Below are positions 45,189 through 55,588 of a DNA stretch of 64,000 nucleotides, in pieces. Within the stretch, counting starts at the first letter, position 1. The number at the start of each line of letters is the position of its first letter. The DNA is from Candidatus Humicultor tengchongensis (GTDB taxonomy: Bacteria > Sysuimicrobiota > Sysuimicrobiia > Sysuimicrobiales > Humicultoraceae). The stretch lies in NCBI GenBank assembly GCA_031459715.1, contig JAVKIA010000004.1, positions 2,755-66,754 on the forward strand. The letters run 5' to 3'. The notes under the pieces are model-generated. The model saw only the letters and a list, made by a program, of their open reading frames with translations. It did no database searches and was not told the DNA's origin. The position numbers were made by a program, and so were the translations under genes.

Positions 45189-46223
45189 CTACAGGATACC
45201 TGCCTCCCGCAGCAGGCGGAGGGTCTCCTCCAGAGCCTGCAGGTGGTTGAGGTCCACGGGCGGGGTGCTGATCTGCGCCAGCGGCCGCAGCAGGGGGTGG
45301 GCGGGAATGCCGGCGACCAGCGGGTACTCGAAAGTCTCAGTGGCGAAGTAGCGCTGCGCCTGGGGGGATAGCAGGAACTCCACCAGGCGCAGGGCCGCGG
45401 CACTGCGCGCAGTGTCTATAACGCCCACGCCGGCCACGTTGATCAGGTTGCCGGCGTCAGGCCCGGGGAAGAAGTAGTTACGCACCGGGAAGCCCTCCCC
45501 CCGCTCCTGCAGGAAGCGGAAGAGGTAGTAGTGGTTGACGAATCCCACGTCGATCTCGCCCGCGCCCAGGGCAGCGACGATGGCGGTGTTGTTGCGGTAG
45601 GCCCGTGGGGCGTTGGCCCTCATTCCCAGGAGCCACGCCCGCGTCCGCTCATTCCCCCACAGCAGGCGCATGGCCGTCACGTGCGCCTGGAAGGACCCGT
45701 TGGTCGGCGCCCAGCCCATGCGCCCCCGCCAGCGGGGGTCTGTGAAGTCGCGGATAGAGGCGGGAAGATCGCGGGGGGAGAGGCGACGCGTGTTGTACGC
45801 GACGACGCGGGCCCGGCCGCTAATCCCCACCCACAGCCCCTCGCCAGAGCGAAAGCGGGGTTCCACCTTCTGCAGAAGCCCCTCCGGCAGGCGCTGCAGC
45901 CGGCCGGCGTAGGCCAGCGCCCCCAGCGCACCGGCATCCTGAGCGAAGTAGACGTCCGCAGGACTGTTGGCCCCCTCCTCCATGATGGTGGCGGCGAGCT
46001 CGGCCGTCTCCCCGTAACGGACGCGTAACCGGACTCCGCTGGCCTGAGCGAACCGCTCCAGCAGCGGCCCCACGAGCTCCTGATTGCGTCCGGAGTAGAC
46101 CGTGACCGTGGCCGGCTGCGCTCCCAGAGTGGCGAAGGACCCGAGGAGGAACGGCAGGAGGGCCACCAGGAGGACTATGGGGCGCGCGCACCGCAGGCAG
46201 GCACCGCTCATGGCCTCTCCCAT
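45189..46223 (-). CDS. Fe3+ ABC transporter periplasmic substrate-binding protein (FbpA/AfuA-like)
   Basis: 344 aa with a signal peptide, then …TVTVYSGRNQELVGPLLERFAQASGVRLRVRYGETAEL…, an SBP_bac_1/iron-binding fold. Confidence 0.75.
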   Translation of the reverse strand: MGEAMSGACLRCARPIVLLVALLPFLLGSFATLGAQPATVTVYSGRNQELVGPLLERFAQASGVRLRVRYGETAELAATIMEEGANSPADVYFAQDAGALGALAYAGRLQRLPEGLLQKVEPRFRSGEGLWVGISGRARVVAYNTRRLSPRDLPASIRDFTDPRWRGRMGWAPTNGSFQAHVTAMRLLWGNERTRAWLLGMRANAPRAYRNNTAIVAALGAGEIDVGFVNHYYLFRFLQERGEGFPVRNYFFPGPDAGNLINVAGVGVIDTARSAAALRLVEFLLSPQAQRYFATETFEYPLVAGIPAHPLLRPLAQISTPPVDLNHLQALEETLRLLREAGIL

Positions 46224-46310
46224 CCCTCCCCTGCTCCCGAGAGCAGGCGGACTTGGATCGCTCCGCGCGTTACGCTATCCTAATTCTTGACCATGGAACA
46301 ACAGAATCCA

Positions 46311-46327
46311 CCAACAATCGTTGTTGG
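46311..46327. promoter_or_regulatory. 7-3-7 inverted repeat CCAACAAtcgTTGTTGG in the divergent fbpA/fur promoter region: candidate Fur-family operator
   Basis: A perfect 7-bp inverted repeat centred about 20 nt upstream of the fur ATG (46342), within the 118-bp intergenic region shared with the divergent iron ABC operon. Confidence 0.4.
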
Positions 46328-46341
46328 GTACACCGTGCGGC

Positions 46342-46770
46342 ATGATCAGCGCCGCTGAGCTGCGCCAGCGCCTCCGGGAGGCCGGCCGGCGGGTCACGCC
46401 CCAGCGCGACCTGATCTTCCGCCTGCTGGAGGAGACCCAGGCCGACCACCCCTCCGCCGAGATGCTCCACCTGCGGGCCGCGCGCCAGATGCCCTCCATC
46501 TCCCTGCGCACGGTCTACGCAGTGCTGGCCGAGCTACAGGAGCTGGCCGTGGTGCGGCCCCTGGACCTGGGCACCGGCAGCACGCGATTCTGCACCAACG
46601 TCCGCAACCACCACCACCTGGTCTGCGAACGCTGCGGCCGGGTAAAGGACGTCTTCATGGAGCTGGCCTCGCTGGAGGTCCCCGAGGAACAGCGCAGCGG
46701 GTTTCTGGTCAAGGAGCAGTCGGTGGTCTTCCGCGGCCTGTGCGCCGGGTGCCGGGGCGCGGGCGCCTGA
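46342..46770 (+). CDS. fur: Fur-family metalloregulator (Fur/Zur/PerR)
   Basis: From the ATG at 46342 (the track ORF starts at an upstream TTG): MISAAELRQRLREAGRRVTPQRDLIFRLLEE…HHHLVCERCGRVKDV…, with HHH and CxxC metal sites. Confidence 0.85.
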   Translation: MISAAELRQRLREAGRRVTPQRDLIFRLLEETQADHPSAEMLHLRAARQMPSISLRTVYAVLAELQELAVVRPLDLGTGSTRFCTNVRNHHHLVCERCGRVKDVFMELASLEVPEEQRSGFLVKEQSVVFRGLCAGCRGAGA

Positions 46771-46796
46771 CCCCGGTCCAGAGGGTGCTGCCCCTT

Positions 46797-48155
46797 CTAC
46801 GGCTGCAGCGCCGCCAGCTCCCGGGTGGCCGCGGCCACCGCCTCTGCGGGATAGGCGTAGTCCTCCAGACGGCCGCTCAGGTACTCCTGGTAGGCCTGCA
46901 GGTCGAAGTGGCCGTGCCCGCTGAGGTTGAACAGGATAACCCGCGGGACCCCCAGCTCCCTCGCCTCCAGGGCCTCGTCGATGACCCGGCGCACGGCATG
47001 CGCCGACTCGGGCGCGGGGACGATCCCCTCGCTGCGGGCGAACTGCACCGCCGCCTCGAAGACCGCGCGCTGGCCGTAGGCTGCGGCCTCCACATACCCG
47101 GCATCGTAGAGCAGGCACAGCGACGGCGCGTCGCCATGGTAGCGCAGGCCGCCGGCGTGGATCCCCGGGGGGATGAAGGTGTGTCCCAGGGTGTACATCT
47201 TGAACAGGGGGGTGGTGGCCGCGGTGTCGCCGAAGTCGTAGAGGTAGCGGCCGCGGGTGAGCGAAGGGCAGGCCTCGGGCTCCACGGCCACGAAGCGGAC
47301 GTCCTTGCCCTTGAACCGGTCCCGCAGGAACGGGTAAGCCAACCCGGCGTAGTTGCTCCCCCCGCCCACGCAGCCGATGACCACGTCGGGGTACTCACCG
47401 GCCAGCTCCATCTGCCGCCTGGCCTCCAGGCCGATGACGGTCTGGTGCAGGAGGACGTGGTTGGCCACGCTGCCGATGGAGTACTTGGTGTCGTCATGCG
47501 TGGCCGCGTCCTCCACCGCCTCGCTGATGGCGATGCCCAGACTCCCCGGAGAGTGCGGGTCCCGCTGGCGGATCGTCCGCCCGGCATGGGTCCTCTCGCT
47601 GGGGCTGGGCAGGACCTCCGCCCCCCAGGTCTCCATGATCACCCGGCGGTAGGGCTTCTGCTCGTAGGAGACCCGCACCATGTACACGGTGCACTCCAGG
47701 CCGAAAAGGCGGCAGGCCAGGGCCAGCGCGCTGCCCCACTGTCCGGCGCCGGTCTCCGTGGTCAGGCGACGCACCCCCGCCTCCCGGTTGTAGAAGGCCT
47801 GGGCCACCGCGGTGTTGGGTTTGTGGCTGCCCGCGGGGCTGGTGCCCTCATACTTGTAGTAGATGTGCGCCGGCGTCCCCAGGGTCCGCTCCAGGCGGTG
47901 GGCACGGTATAGCGGCGTGGGGCGCCACAGCTGGTAGATCTCCCGCACCGGCTCGGGGATTTCCACCTCCCGCTCGGTGGAGACCTCCTGCTGGATGATC
48001 TGCGGGGGGAAGAGCGGCGCCAGGTCATCCGGACCGATGGGCTGCTTGGTGGCCGGATGGAGCACCGGGGGGAGCGGTAGCGGCAGGTCGGCCAGGATGT
48101 TGTACCAGGCCCCAGGCAGGTCGCGCTCGTCCAGCACGAATTTGGTCTGCGGCAT
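46797..48155 (-). CDS. TrpB2-type tryptophan synthase beta-chain-like PLP enzyme
   Basis: From the ATG at 48155: [25 protein letters not shown]…[18 protein letters not shown]…, the TrpB2 (indole-salvaging) subgroup. Confidence 0.8.
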   Translation of the reverse strand: MPQTKFVLDERDLPGAWYNILADLPLPLPPVLHPATKQPIGPDDLAPLFPPQIIQQEVSTEREVEIPEPVREIYQLWRPTPLYRAHRLERTLGTPAHIYYKYEGTSPAGSHKPNTAVAQAFYNREAGVRRLTTETGAGQWGSALALACRLFGLECTVYMVRVSYEQKPYRRVIMETWGAEVLPSPSERTHAGRTIRQRDPHSPGSLGIAISEAVEDAATHDDTKYSIGSVANHVLLHQTVIGLEARRQMELAGEYPDVVIGCVGGGSNYAGLAYPFLRDRFKGKDVRFVAVEPEACPSLTRGRYLYDFGDTAATTPLFKMYTLGHTFIPPGIHAGGLRYHGDAPSLCLLYDAGYVEAAAYGQRAVFEAAVQFARSEGIVPAPESAHAVRRVIDEALEARELGVPRVILFNLSGHGHFDLQAYQEYLSGRLEDYAYPAEAVAAATRELAALQP

Positions 48156-48331
48156 GCAGCCTCCACCTCCGGACAGGGAATGCGCTGGATGTAGTGCCGA
48201 AGACAACGGATAGCGGTTCGTCTCCGTGAGGGGAAATCCCTGCGCCGGATGGCGGGGAGCGGACCCAGGAGCTTCCGTCCCCTGCGGCCCTCGTCCCCAG
48301 AAATCCGCGGCACCGGACTGCCGGGGTGGGC

Positions 48332-50053
48332 CTACTCCATCTGGCGCACAGCCAGGGTGCGCAGGCGGTTGATGGCGGCGGCCAGCTCGTAGCGACGGGG
48401 CAGAGCGTAGTCGCCGGGGTGCCCCTCAAACCCCGAGAGGACCTCCAGACCCCGCTGCGCCACGTCCGCCAGCACCATATCCAGCACCGCGCCCAGGGGG
48501 CGCTCGCCGTCGAAGTAGCCTTTCTCCAGCGCGTAGAAGATGGCGTCGCCGATGGCACGGGTCTGGCTGGGATCCACCACCTGCTCCACCGCCGAAAGGT
48601 CGATGGTCTCGCGGCCGAAGACGATGGTGCGCAGCCCCTTGGCGTCCACGCGCAGGCGTCGTTCGCGGTAGGGATTAAACCCATGGGGCAGGGGGATGCG
48701 GGAGCGCACGCGCTCGAAGGGCCGTCCCTCGCTTGCCCGCCCGGAGGGCCGCGCGGCGGCGATGCGCCGCGCCTCCTCGGTGACCACGCGGGGGGCGAAG
48801 CTCTCCATTAGGATGACAGTGTCAGCCACCGCGAAGTAGTCACCCGAGCCGCCCATGACCAGCACCGTGGAGACGCCGTGGGCCTGGTAGAGGTGCCGCA
48901 CCTGGTCGATGAAGGGGGTGATGGGTTCCAGGGCCTTGGGTACCAGCCGCTGCATGGCCTCGTCGCGAATCATGAAATTGGTGGCGCTGGTGTCCTCGTC
49001 GACGAGCAGGACTCGCGCCCCCACCTCCAGCGCCTCCATGATGTTGGCCGCCTGGGAGGTGCTGCCGCTGGCGTTGTCCGTGGAGAAGGCCTGCGTCTCC
49101 TGCCCGAAGGGGAGGTTGGTGATGAACGGGCTGATGTCCACCCGGGCAACCCGGCGGCCGTCCTCGGCGCGGATCTTCACCGTGTCGGGGTGCGTGGCCA
49201 CGTACTCCCGCCCGTCGCCGGGGATGTGGGGGTAGATGCCGCGGGCCAGAGCGGCCAGCAGCGTGGACTTGCCGTGGAAGCCACCACCCACGATCAGGGT
49301 GATCCCCGCGGGGATGGCCATGCCGCTGACCGCACCGAGGTGCGGCGCCTGCAGCGTCACCGCCAGCTGCGGAGGGGCCCGGAAGGGGACAGCCCGGTGG
49401 GCCGGAAGGGGAAGGTCGGAAGCGCCGCTCTCCCGGGGGAGGATGGCCCCGTCGGCGATGAAAGCAACCAGCCCTCTGGCCCGCACAGCCTCCTGCAGGG
49501 CAGCATGATCCTCCGCCACCTCCACGTGGCGCCGCGCCGCCCGGGCGTCCAGGTTCGCCCACATCAACGCCCCTTCCACGGCGGCCGGGAGATCTTCGAA
49601 GAAGATGGCCAGCGCCTGCCTGGCCTGGATCTTCCGCCCCTCCGCGGGCAGGCCCAGGGCCAGGCGCAGCTCCACGAAGTCCTCGTGCAGGCGACAGGCG
49701 GTCCGCGGCAGGATTTCCTGTCCGCCGGCGTCCACCAGGAGCACGCCGCTGCGACCCGGCCCCCCGCCGCGCCGTCCCTGGCGGCGGGTCACCTCGCGGA
49801 AGCGGCGGGCCAGGAAGTCCTCCAGGGCCACGCGCCGCACGACCCCGTCGCGCAGGTCGGGGGGAATCTGCGCCTCTGCCATGTCCACCCGGACGCGCAG
49901 CAGGGAGGGCGGGGCGAAGGGGTCGGGCTGCACGTGATCGATGAAGAGGACGAAACGGGGGAAGCGGTAGGCCCCGGCGATGGCCTTGTAGGCGGCGTAC
50001 CCTTTGCCCTCCAGCGTCAGCAACTTGTCCCGCAGGCGGTCGGCCGGCAGCAT
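48332..50053 (-). CDS. Predicted ABC-class ATPase of unknown function (COG3044 / ABC_ATPase family)
   Basis: 573 aa. The N-terminus [50 protein letters not shown]… is characteristic of this family. Walker A-like GGFHGKST. Confidence 0.6.
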   Translation of the reverse strand: MLPADRLRDKLLTLEGKGYAAYKAIAGAYRFPRFVLFIDHVQPDPFAPPSLLRVRVDMAEAQIPPDLRDGVVRRVALEDFLARRFREVTRRQGRRGGGPGRSGVLLVDAGGQEILPRTACRLHEDFVELRLALGLPAEGRKIQARQALAIFFEDLPAAVEGALMWANLDARAARRHVEVAEDHAALQEAVRARGLVAFIADGAILPRESGASDLPLPAHRAVPFRAPPQLAVTLQAPHLGAVSGMAIPAGITLIVGGGFHGKSTLLAALARGIYPHIPGDGREYVATHPDTVKIRAEDGRRVARVDISPFITNLPFGQETQAFSTDNASGSTSQAANIMEALEVGARVLLVDEDTSATNFMIRDEAMQRLVPKALEPITPFIDQVRHLYQAHGVSTVLVMGGSGDYFAVADTVILMESFAPRVVTEEARRIAAARPSGRASEGRPFERVRSRIPLPHGFNPYRERRLRVDAKGLRTIVFGRETIDLSAVEQVVDPSQTRAIGDAIFYALEKGYFDGERPLGAVLDMVLADVAQRGLEVLSGFEGHPGDYALPRRYELAAAINRLRTLAVRQME

Positions 50054-50075
50054 GGTCAGCAGGGGCGGCTCGGCC

Positions 50076-51281
50076 TCACCGCTGCGGCCGGAGCAGGCGC
50101 GCCGCCACCTGCGCGTAGAACTTCGCCGCCATCACCGCCTCGTCCAGGTCCACGTACTCGTCGGCGGAGTGGGCCAGGTCGGGGATGCCCGGCCCAAAGA
50201 GGATGGTGGGGATGCCGCGGGCGGCGAAGAAGCGGCCGTCGCTGGCCTGCTGGTAGCCCACCGGAGTGGAGTCCAGCCCCAGCCCGGCGGCTACCTCTCG
50301 GGCGGCGAGCACCAGCGGCGCGTCGGCCGGGGTTTCGATGGGCGGTCCCTGCTGCAGCGGCTCCACGGTCACGTCCAGGTCGGGGTCCTCCTCCCGCAGC
50401 CTGGCCACCACCCGATCGATCTCCGCCAGGGCCTCGGCCGGGTGCTCGTGGGGCAGGGTGCGCCGGTCGACGGTGGCCTCGCAGCGGTCGGGGACCACAT
50501 TGGTGGCGATCCCGCCGCTGATGGTCCCCACGGAGAGTGAGGGAGGCGGGGTGAGCGGATGCCTCTCCCGGGCCAGCCGCGCGCCGATCTCCTGCTCCAG
50601 GGCGGTGAGCACCTTGACCATGGAGCGGATGGCGTTGACCCCGCGCCACGGAGTGGAACCGTGGGCGGTGCGGCCGCGAGTGACCAGGCGCACCCACAGC
50701 AGACCTTTCTCCGCGATGGCGATGCGGTTGTGGGTGACCTCGCCGACGATGACCTGGTCGGGCCGCAGCAGACCCCGCTCCACCAGCATCTCTGTGCCCC
50801 TGGCCCCGCCCACCTCCTCGTCGCTTACCAGGGAGAGCAGCAGCGACCCCGCCAGCGGTACCTCCAGACGCAACAGCGCCTCCACCGCCGTTACCATGGC
50901 CGCCACCGATGCCTTGGGGTCGGCCGCCCCCCGGCCGTAGAGGCGCGTCCCCTCGATCTGCGCACCCAGGGGGTCGTGGCGCCAGGCGCGGCGGTCTCCG
51001 GGAGGCACTGTGTCCAGGTGGCTGTTCAGCAGGAGCTCCGGGCGTCCCGACCCCAGGCGCAGCAGGAGGTTGGGCTTCTTGGGCTCCTCCGCCAGGACCT
51101 GGAAGTCCACCCCCAGCCTGCGCAGGCGTGCCCCAATCAGGTCCACGGCGCGGCGGGTGTCGCCCGGAGGGTTGGTGGTGTCAGTGCGCACCAGCGAGGC
51201 AAGCAACCCCACCAGGGAGGACCGCTGCCGCTCGACCTCCCCGGTCAGCACGGGGGCATCGGAGGGCGTCGCAGAGCTCAT
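50076..51281 (-). CDS. M20-family metallopeptidase / deacylase (ArgE/DapE-like)
   Basis: From the ATG at 51281. It contains …NSHLDTVPPGD…, …GRGAADPKASVAAMV… and …SDEEVGG…, the M20 metal-binding motifs. Confidence 0.8.
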   Translation of the reverse strand: MSSATPSDAPVLTGEVERQRSSLVGLLASLVRTDTTNPPGDTRRAVDLIGARLRRLGVDFQVLAEEPKKPNLLLRLGSGRPELLLNSHLDTVPPGDRRAWRHDPLGAQIEGTRLYGRGAADPKASVAAMVTAVEALLRLEVPLAGSLLLSLVSDEEVGGARGTEMLVERGLLRPDQVIVGEVTHNRIAIAEKGLLWVRLVTRGRTAHGSTPWRGVNAIRSMVKVLTALEQEIGARLARERHPLTPPPSLSVGTISGGIATNVVPDRCEATVDRRTLPHEHPAEALAEIDRVVARLREEDPDLDVTVEPLQQGPPIETPADAPLVLAAREVAAGLGLDSTPVGYQQASDGRFFAARGIPTILFGPGIPDLAHSADEYVDLDEAVMAAKFYAQVAARLLRPQR

Positions 51282-51327
51282 CGGGCCAGAAGTAGGTTCT
51301 CCGCAGGCGGGAGCGTTGCCTGCGGGG

Positions 51328-52677
51328 TCAGCGGGTGGGAGCCGGGGCGGGCGGGGAAGTGGCCGGGCGGGCCACCCGCTGTCGGGCAATCTCCACTGCC
51401 TTCGCCAGCTGGGCATCGTGGCCGCGAAGGAAGTCCTCCGAGGTGAGGTCGAGGATCACATCCGGGGTCACCCCCGCCCCTTCCAGCCGCCGCCCCTTCC
51501 CGCTGGTGAGCCGGCGGATGGTCACGCTGAGCGCGGAGCCGTCGGAGAGCTCGAACAGCGTGCTGGCCTCCACCGCTCCCGCGGTCTTCACCCCCACCAG
51601 CGTCCCCCGCCGGTGCTCCACCACCGCCGCCGCCAGCAGCTCCGCCGCGGAGGCGGTCCCTTCGTTCACCAGCACCACCAGGGGAGTGGCCCCAGGCAGC
51701 AGGGGGCCGCGCTCGGTGTACACCACCTCCGTCCCCCGGCTGGTGACCTGCTGGTAAATGGGGAGACCGCGGGGGACAAGCAGGTTCAGGGCCTCCCGCA
51801 GCTCGTGGAGGAAGCCGCCGATGTTGCTGCGCAGATCCAGCACCAGGGCGCGCATCCCCTGCCCCAGCAGGCGCTGCAGCGCGGTGCGCAGCTCTCTCGC
51901 CGAACCCTGCGTGAACTCGTAAAGGTAGATGTAAGCAATCCCCGGCTCGACCATCCGCGCGGCGAACAGCGGCGGGACCACGATGGGCGCCCGGGTGATG
52001 GCGCGCATCAGCGGTGCCGGGTAGCCGGGACGTTCGAAGGTAACCGTCACGGTGCTGCCGGCGGGGCCGCGGATCATGTTGACCACCTGCTCGGCGGTGA
52101 GGCCCCCGGTGGGCGTGTCGTTCACGCGGACGATTCGGTCGAACGGACGCACGTCCAGGCGCTGCGCCGGACTGCCCGGTATGACCTGCCACACGTAGAA
52201 GCGCCCGTCCTTGGGCAAAAGGACCATGCCCACGCCGGCGAAGCCGGCCTGCTGCCGCTGCCGGGCGATGCGCTCGCGGTACTGCTCGGGGGTGAGGAAA
52301 CCGGTATGCGAGTCGTTGAGGCTGGCGGTGACCGCGGTGATGGCGGCGTAGGCCAGATCACGGGCCGACACCTTGCCCTGCGCAGCGGTGAGGGCTGCGG
52401 CAAACGCGGCACGGAAGATCCTCTCCGCCTCGTCGGGAGCGGTGCCCCTGGGGATGACGGCGAACCGGGCGGGGACGCCGGCGCTGCTCAGAGACGCCGT
52501 GATCCCCTCCAGGGCGGCGTTGAGCAGGCGCACCCGGTCCACCAGTGCCTGCTCCACGTACTCCGCATCCAGCACCTGGATCGCTTCCAGAACCAGCCCG
52601 GCGTCGGCGGCAGCGCGCGCGGGAGCGGGCAGCACGGCCACCGCTGCCACGACAGCCAGCAGGAGCAGGCGCTTCAT
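51328..52677 (-). CDS. ctpA: C-terminal processing peptidase, S41 family (CtpA-like) with PDZ domain
   Basis: From the ATG at 52677: signal peptide MKRLLLLAVVAAVAVLPAPARA; a PDZ domain (…GVGMVLLPKDGRFYVWQVIPGSPAQRLDVRPFDRIVRVND…); and the S41 catalytic region (…LVLDLRSNIGGFL…, …LVNEGTASAAELLA…). Confidence 0.85.
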   Translation of the reverse strand: MKRLLLLAVVAAVAVLPAPARAAADAGLVLEAIQVLDAEYVEQALVDRVRLLNAALEGITASLSSAGVPARFAVIPRGTAPDEAERIFRAAFAAALTAAQGKVSARDLAYAAITAVTASLNDSHTGFLTPEQYRERIARQRQQAGFAGVGMVLLPKDGRFYVWQVIPGSPAQRLDVRPFDRIVRVNDTPTGGLTAEQVVNMIRGPAGSTVTVTFERPGYPAPLMRAITRAPIVVPPLFAARMVEPGIAYIYLYEFTQGSARELRTALQRLLGQGMRALVLDLRSNIGGFLHELREALNLLVPRGLPIYQQVTSRGTEVVYTERGPLLPGATPLVVLVNEGTASAAELLAAAVVEHRRGTLVGVKTAGAVEASTLFELSDGSALSVTIRRLTSGKGRRLEGAGVTPDVILDLTSEDFLRGHDAQLAKAVEIARQRVARPATSPPAPAPTR

Positions 52678-52728
52678 CCTCGCGGCGAACCTCAGGCGCA
52701 TACCTCCACCCTCAGTCTGGCCATCCGC

Positions 52729-53448
52729 TCACAGCGCCGGACGGAACGGCACCAGACGCAGGATCCAGGTGTTCAGGACAAAGAGAGCGTCGCTGGCCAG
52801 GGCCAGGCCCATGATCAGGAGGAAGACGCCGCTCAGGGTGGTGATGGACCGGCTGTAGCGGCGCAGCCAGGAGAGGTCCAGGGTCAGCGTGAGCAGCAGG
52901 GCCGCCAGCAGGAAGGGTACACCCATACCCAGGGCATAGGTGAACAGGAGGAGCGCGCCGCGCTGCGTGCTCTGCTCCTGCGCCGCCAGCGTCAGCACCG
53001 CGGTGAGCACCGGACCGATGCACGGCGTCCAGGCGAAGCCGAAGGCCATCCCCACGGGGACCGCTCCTGCCAGGCCCCAGGGGCGGCGGCTGAAGTGGAA
53101 GCGGTGCTCCCGGTACAGCAGGGGCGCCCGCAGCAGGACGGCCAGGCCCAGGGCGATGATCAGCAGGCCGCCGACACGGCTGAGCCAGATGCGGTTGGAC
53201 AGGACGAAACCGCCCAGCAGCGACGCCGAGGCCCCCAGGGCTGTGAAGACGAGGGCGAAGCCCCCGACGAACAGCCCGGTGGCCAGGAGCACCCGCCCTG
53301 CGTGGCGGCGCCTCTGGGCCGCTTCCATCTCCTGGAGAGAGAGCCCGGAGACGAAGGAGATGTACCCGGGGATCAAGGGGACGACGCAGGGCGAGAGAAA
53401 CCCCAGCACGCCTGCGGCGAACGCAACGGGAAAGCTGACATCAGGCAC
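52729..53448 (-). CDS. ccdA: Cytochrome c-type biogenesis / thiol-disulfide electron-transfer membrane protein CcdA (DsbD-beta-like)
   Basis: The GTG at 53448 is a candidate start. It has the motifs FLSPCVVPLIPGY and WTPCIGPVL in a six-TM protein. Confidence 0.75.
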   Translation of the reverse strand: MPDVSFPVAFAAGVLGFLSPCVVPLIPGYISFVSGLSLQEMEAAQRRRHAGRVLLATGLFVGGFALVFTALGASASLLGGFVLSNRIWLSRVGGLLIIALGLAVLLRAPLLYREHRFHFSRRPWGLAGAVPVGMAFGFAWTPCIGPVLTAVLTLAAQEQSTQRGALLLFTYALGMGVPFLLAALLLTLTLDLSWLRRYSRSITTLSGVFLLIMGLALASDALFVLNTWILRLVPFRPAL

Positions 53449-53498
53449 CGCACCGTCTCCGCCTTGGGCCCATTGTACATTCCCCCAAACGCCCGCGC

Positions 53499-54290
53499 CT
53501 ACGCCCTTCTTCTCCTGCGCAGCGGATGCAGGCGCACAGCCGATCCGGCGCGAAGGCCGGTGCGCGTCGCAGCGCTGCCCTCGCGCACAGCGATCTCCAG
53601 CAGGCCCTCGCTGCCGGGGAGGAGGAGGAGCTCTCCCCGCCTGCCGCTGCCGTAGGTGGCCTGCAGGCGGAGGGGCCATGCGCCGCGGGCGGTGCGCAGG
53701 GTGAAGGCAGGGTGCGGCGCGGCCAGCTCCGGCGGGATGCTGGTGACCAGGTTGCCGAAAGGGTCGACGTAGAGGATCTCACCGACCAGCACCTCCCCAC
53801 GCCACTCTGCGTGCGGTGCGGGCAGCTCCACCGGATCATCGATAGGACGGCCCAGACGGGCAGGCGGTTCGCCCAGGAGCAGCCGGGCCGCCGCCGGCGC
53901 GAAGAGGTCGCGACCGTGGAAGGTGCTGGAGGCAGACGGCAGGGCGACCGCGGGGTCGAGGTGAAAGACCCGCGGCCACCCCAGGCGGCGCGCCGCAGGC
54001 AGGAGCAGACCGTTGTCGGGCCCGACGAAGCACTGCCCGCCCGAAGCCACCACCAGCGGGCGCCGCTCGGTACCCACGCCCGGATCGACCACGGCCAGGT
54101 GGACGGTGCCGGCCGGGCAGAATGGCGCCACGGCGGCCAGCAGGAACGCCCCCTGCCGCACATCGTGACGGCGCACATCGTGGCTGATGTCCAGGAAGCA
54201 TGTCTCCACGCGCGCCGCCACCACCGCCTTCATGGCGGCGGGGTAGGGGGAGCGGCTACCGAAGTCGGACAGCAGGGTCAACAGGCGCAT
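53499..54290 (-). CDS. SAM hydroxide adenosyltransferase (DUF62; fluorinase/chlorinase-related family)
   Basis: From the ATG at 54290: MRLLTLLSDFGSRSPYPAAMKAVV…HLAVVDPGVGTERRPLVV…GPDNGLL…, a DUF62 signature. Confidence 0.75.
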   Translation of the reverse strand: MRLLTLLSDFGSRSPYPAAMKAVVAARVETCFLDISHDVRRHDVRQGAFLLAAVAPFCPAGTVHLAVVDPGVGTERRPLVVASGGQCFVGPDNGLLLPAARRLGWPRVFHLDPAVALPSASSTFHGRDLFAPAAARLLLGEPPARLGRPIDDPVELPAPHAEWRGEVLVGEILYVDPFGNLVTSIPPELAAPHPAFTLRTARGAWPLRLQATYGSGRRGELLLLPGSEGLLEIAVREGSAATRTGLRAGSAVRLHPLRRRRRA

Positions 54291-54360
54291 GGCGTCGTCG
54301 CAGCACTGCCGGACTGTCTGCCGGGCCCGCCGCTCCTGAGCCGGCTGAAGGGTCCGTCGC

Positions 54361-55515
54361 TCATCCCTCCTCCGCCCAGGAGACCACAAACCGGGCCAGC
54401 ACCTCAGCGGTGGCCGCCACCGAGGCCAGGTCCACCCACTCCTCCGCAGCGTGCGCACCCGACCCTGCAGGACCGAAGATCACCGTGGGGATACCGGCGG
54501 CGGCCAGCAGCGCCGAGTCCATCCAGGGGGAGGCCCCCACCAGGGCCGGTTCCCGCCCCAGCACCGATCTGGCGGCACGCCGCAGCGCGCCGACCAGCGG
54601 CGCCTGCGGAGGACTCTCCAGGCCGGGGCGAAAGAGCGACAGCGACCAGGTGGCCTCAAAAGAGGGGTCTGCCCGGCGTAGCTCCGCCAGCAGACCCTCT
54701 ACTTCCGCGGTGACGTCCTCCGGACGCTCTGCCGGCAGAGTCCGCCGCTCCACCTGCAGCCGGCAGCGCTCCGGGTAGGTGCTCAGGCCCTGCCCTCCGG
54801 TTATCAGTGAGGCATGCACCGAGGGCCGCCCCAGGAGCGGGTGACGGCGACGCGGGTAGTGCTCGCGCTCCAGCCGCTCCAGCGCTGCCAGCACGCGGCC
54901 CATGCGGACGATGGCGTCCACACCCTCGTCGTGGCGGCTGCCGTGCGCTGCGCGGCCCGCGGTCTCGATGGTGATCCAGGCGAAGCCTTTGTGGGCGATG
55001 CACACCTCCAGGGCCGTGGGCTCGGTGACCACGGCCGCTCCCGCCGTCACCTCCCGGACGACGGCTTCGGTTCCGCGGCTGGCGTACTCCTCGTCGGCCA
55101 CCATGGCCAGCACCACGTCGCCCGGTGGGGGTCCGGCGGCTGCGGCGGCCAGCGCCGCCTCCACCATGGCCGCCACCCCTCCCTTCATGTCGAAGGCGCC
55201 ACGCCCGTACAGCCGCCCCTCGCGGATGACCGGCTCAAAGGGGTCGACGGTCATCCCCTCCACGCCCACCGTGTCCAGGTGGCCGTTCAGTAGCAGAGGG
55301 GGCCGCTCCCCCCGTCCGCGCAGGCGCGCCAGGACGCTGGCCCGGCGGGGCCCCACCTGCCGTACCTCCGCCTCCAGCCCGGCGCTGCGGCAGTACTGGC
55401 AGAGGAAGGCGGCGATGGCTTCCTCTCCGGGTGCTCCGGGGACCAGATCTGGGTTCACGGAGTTGTGGCGCACCAGGTCGGCGAGCAGGCGGATCAGGCG
55501 CTGGGAGTCGATCAT
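54361..55515 (-). CDS. M20-family metallopeptidase / deacylase (second paralog)
   Basis: 384 aa: …NGHLDTVGVEGM…GRGAFDMKGGVAAMV…ADEEYASRG…. Confidence 0.8.
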   Translation of the reverse strand: MIDSQRLIRLLADLVRHNSVNPDLVPGAPGEEAIAAFLCQYCRSAGLEAEVRQVGPRRASVLARLRGRGERPPLLLNGHLDTVGVEGMTVDPFEPVIREGRLYGRGAFDMKGGVAAMVEAALAAAAAGPPPGDVVLAMVADEEYASRGTEAVVREVTAGAAVVTEPTALEVCIAHKGFAWITIETAGRAAHGSRHDEGVDAIVRMGRVLAALERLEREHYPRRRHPLLGRPSVHASLITGGQGLSTYPERCRLQVERRTLPAERPEDVTAEVEGLLAELRRADPSFEATWSLSLFRPGLESPPQAPLVGALRRAARSVLGREPALVGASPWMDSALLAAAGIPTVIFGPAGSGAHAAEEWVDLASVAATAEVLARFVVSWAEEG

Positions 55516-55588
55516 GCGTGCTCTGTGGTCACAACCGGGAGAAGCTCGAGCACGTCGGACCTCCTACTTCACGAGCACGTTGGACCTC

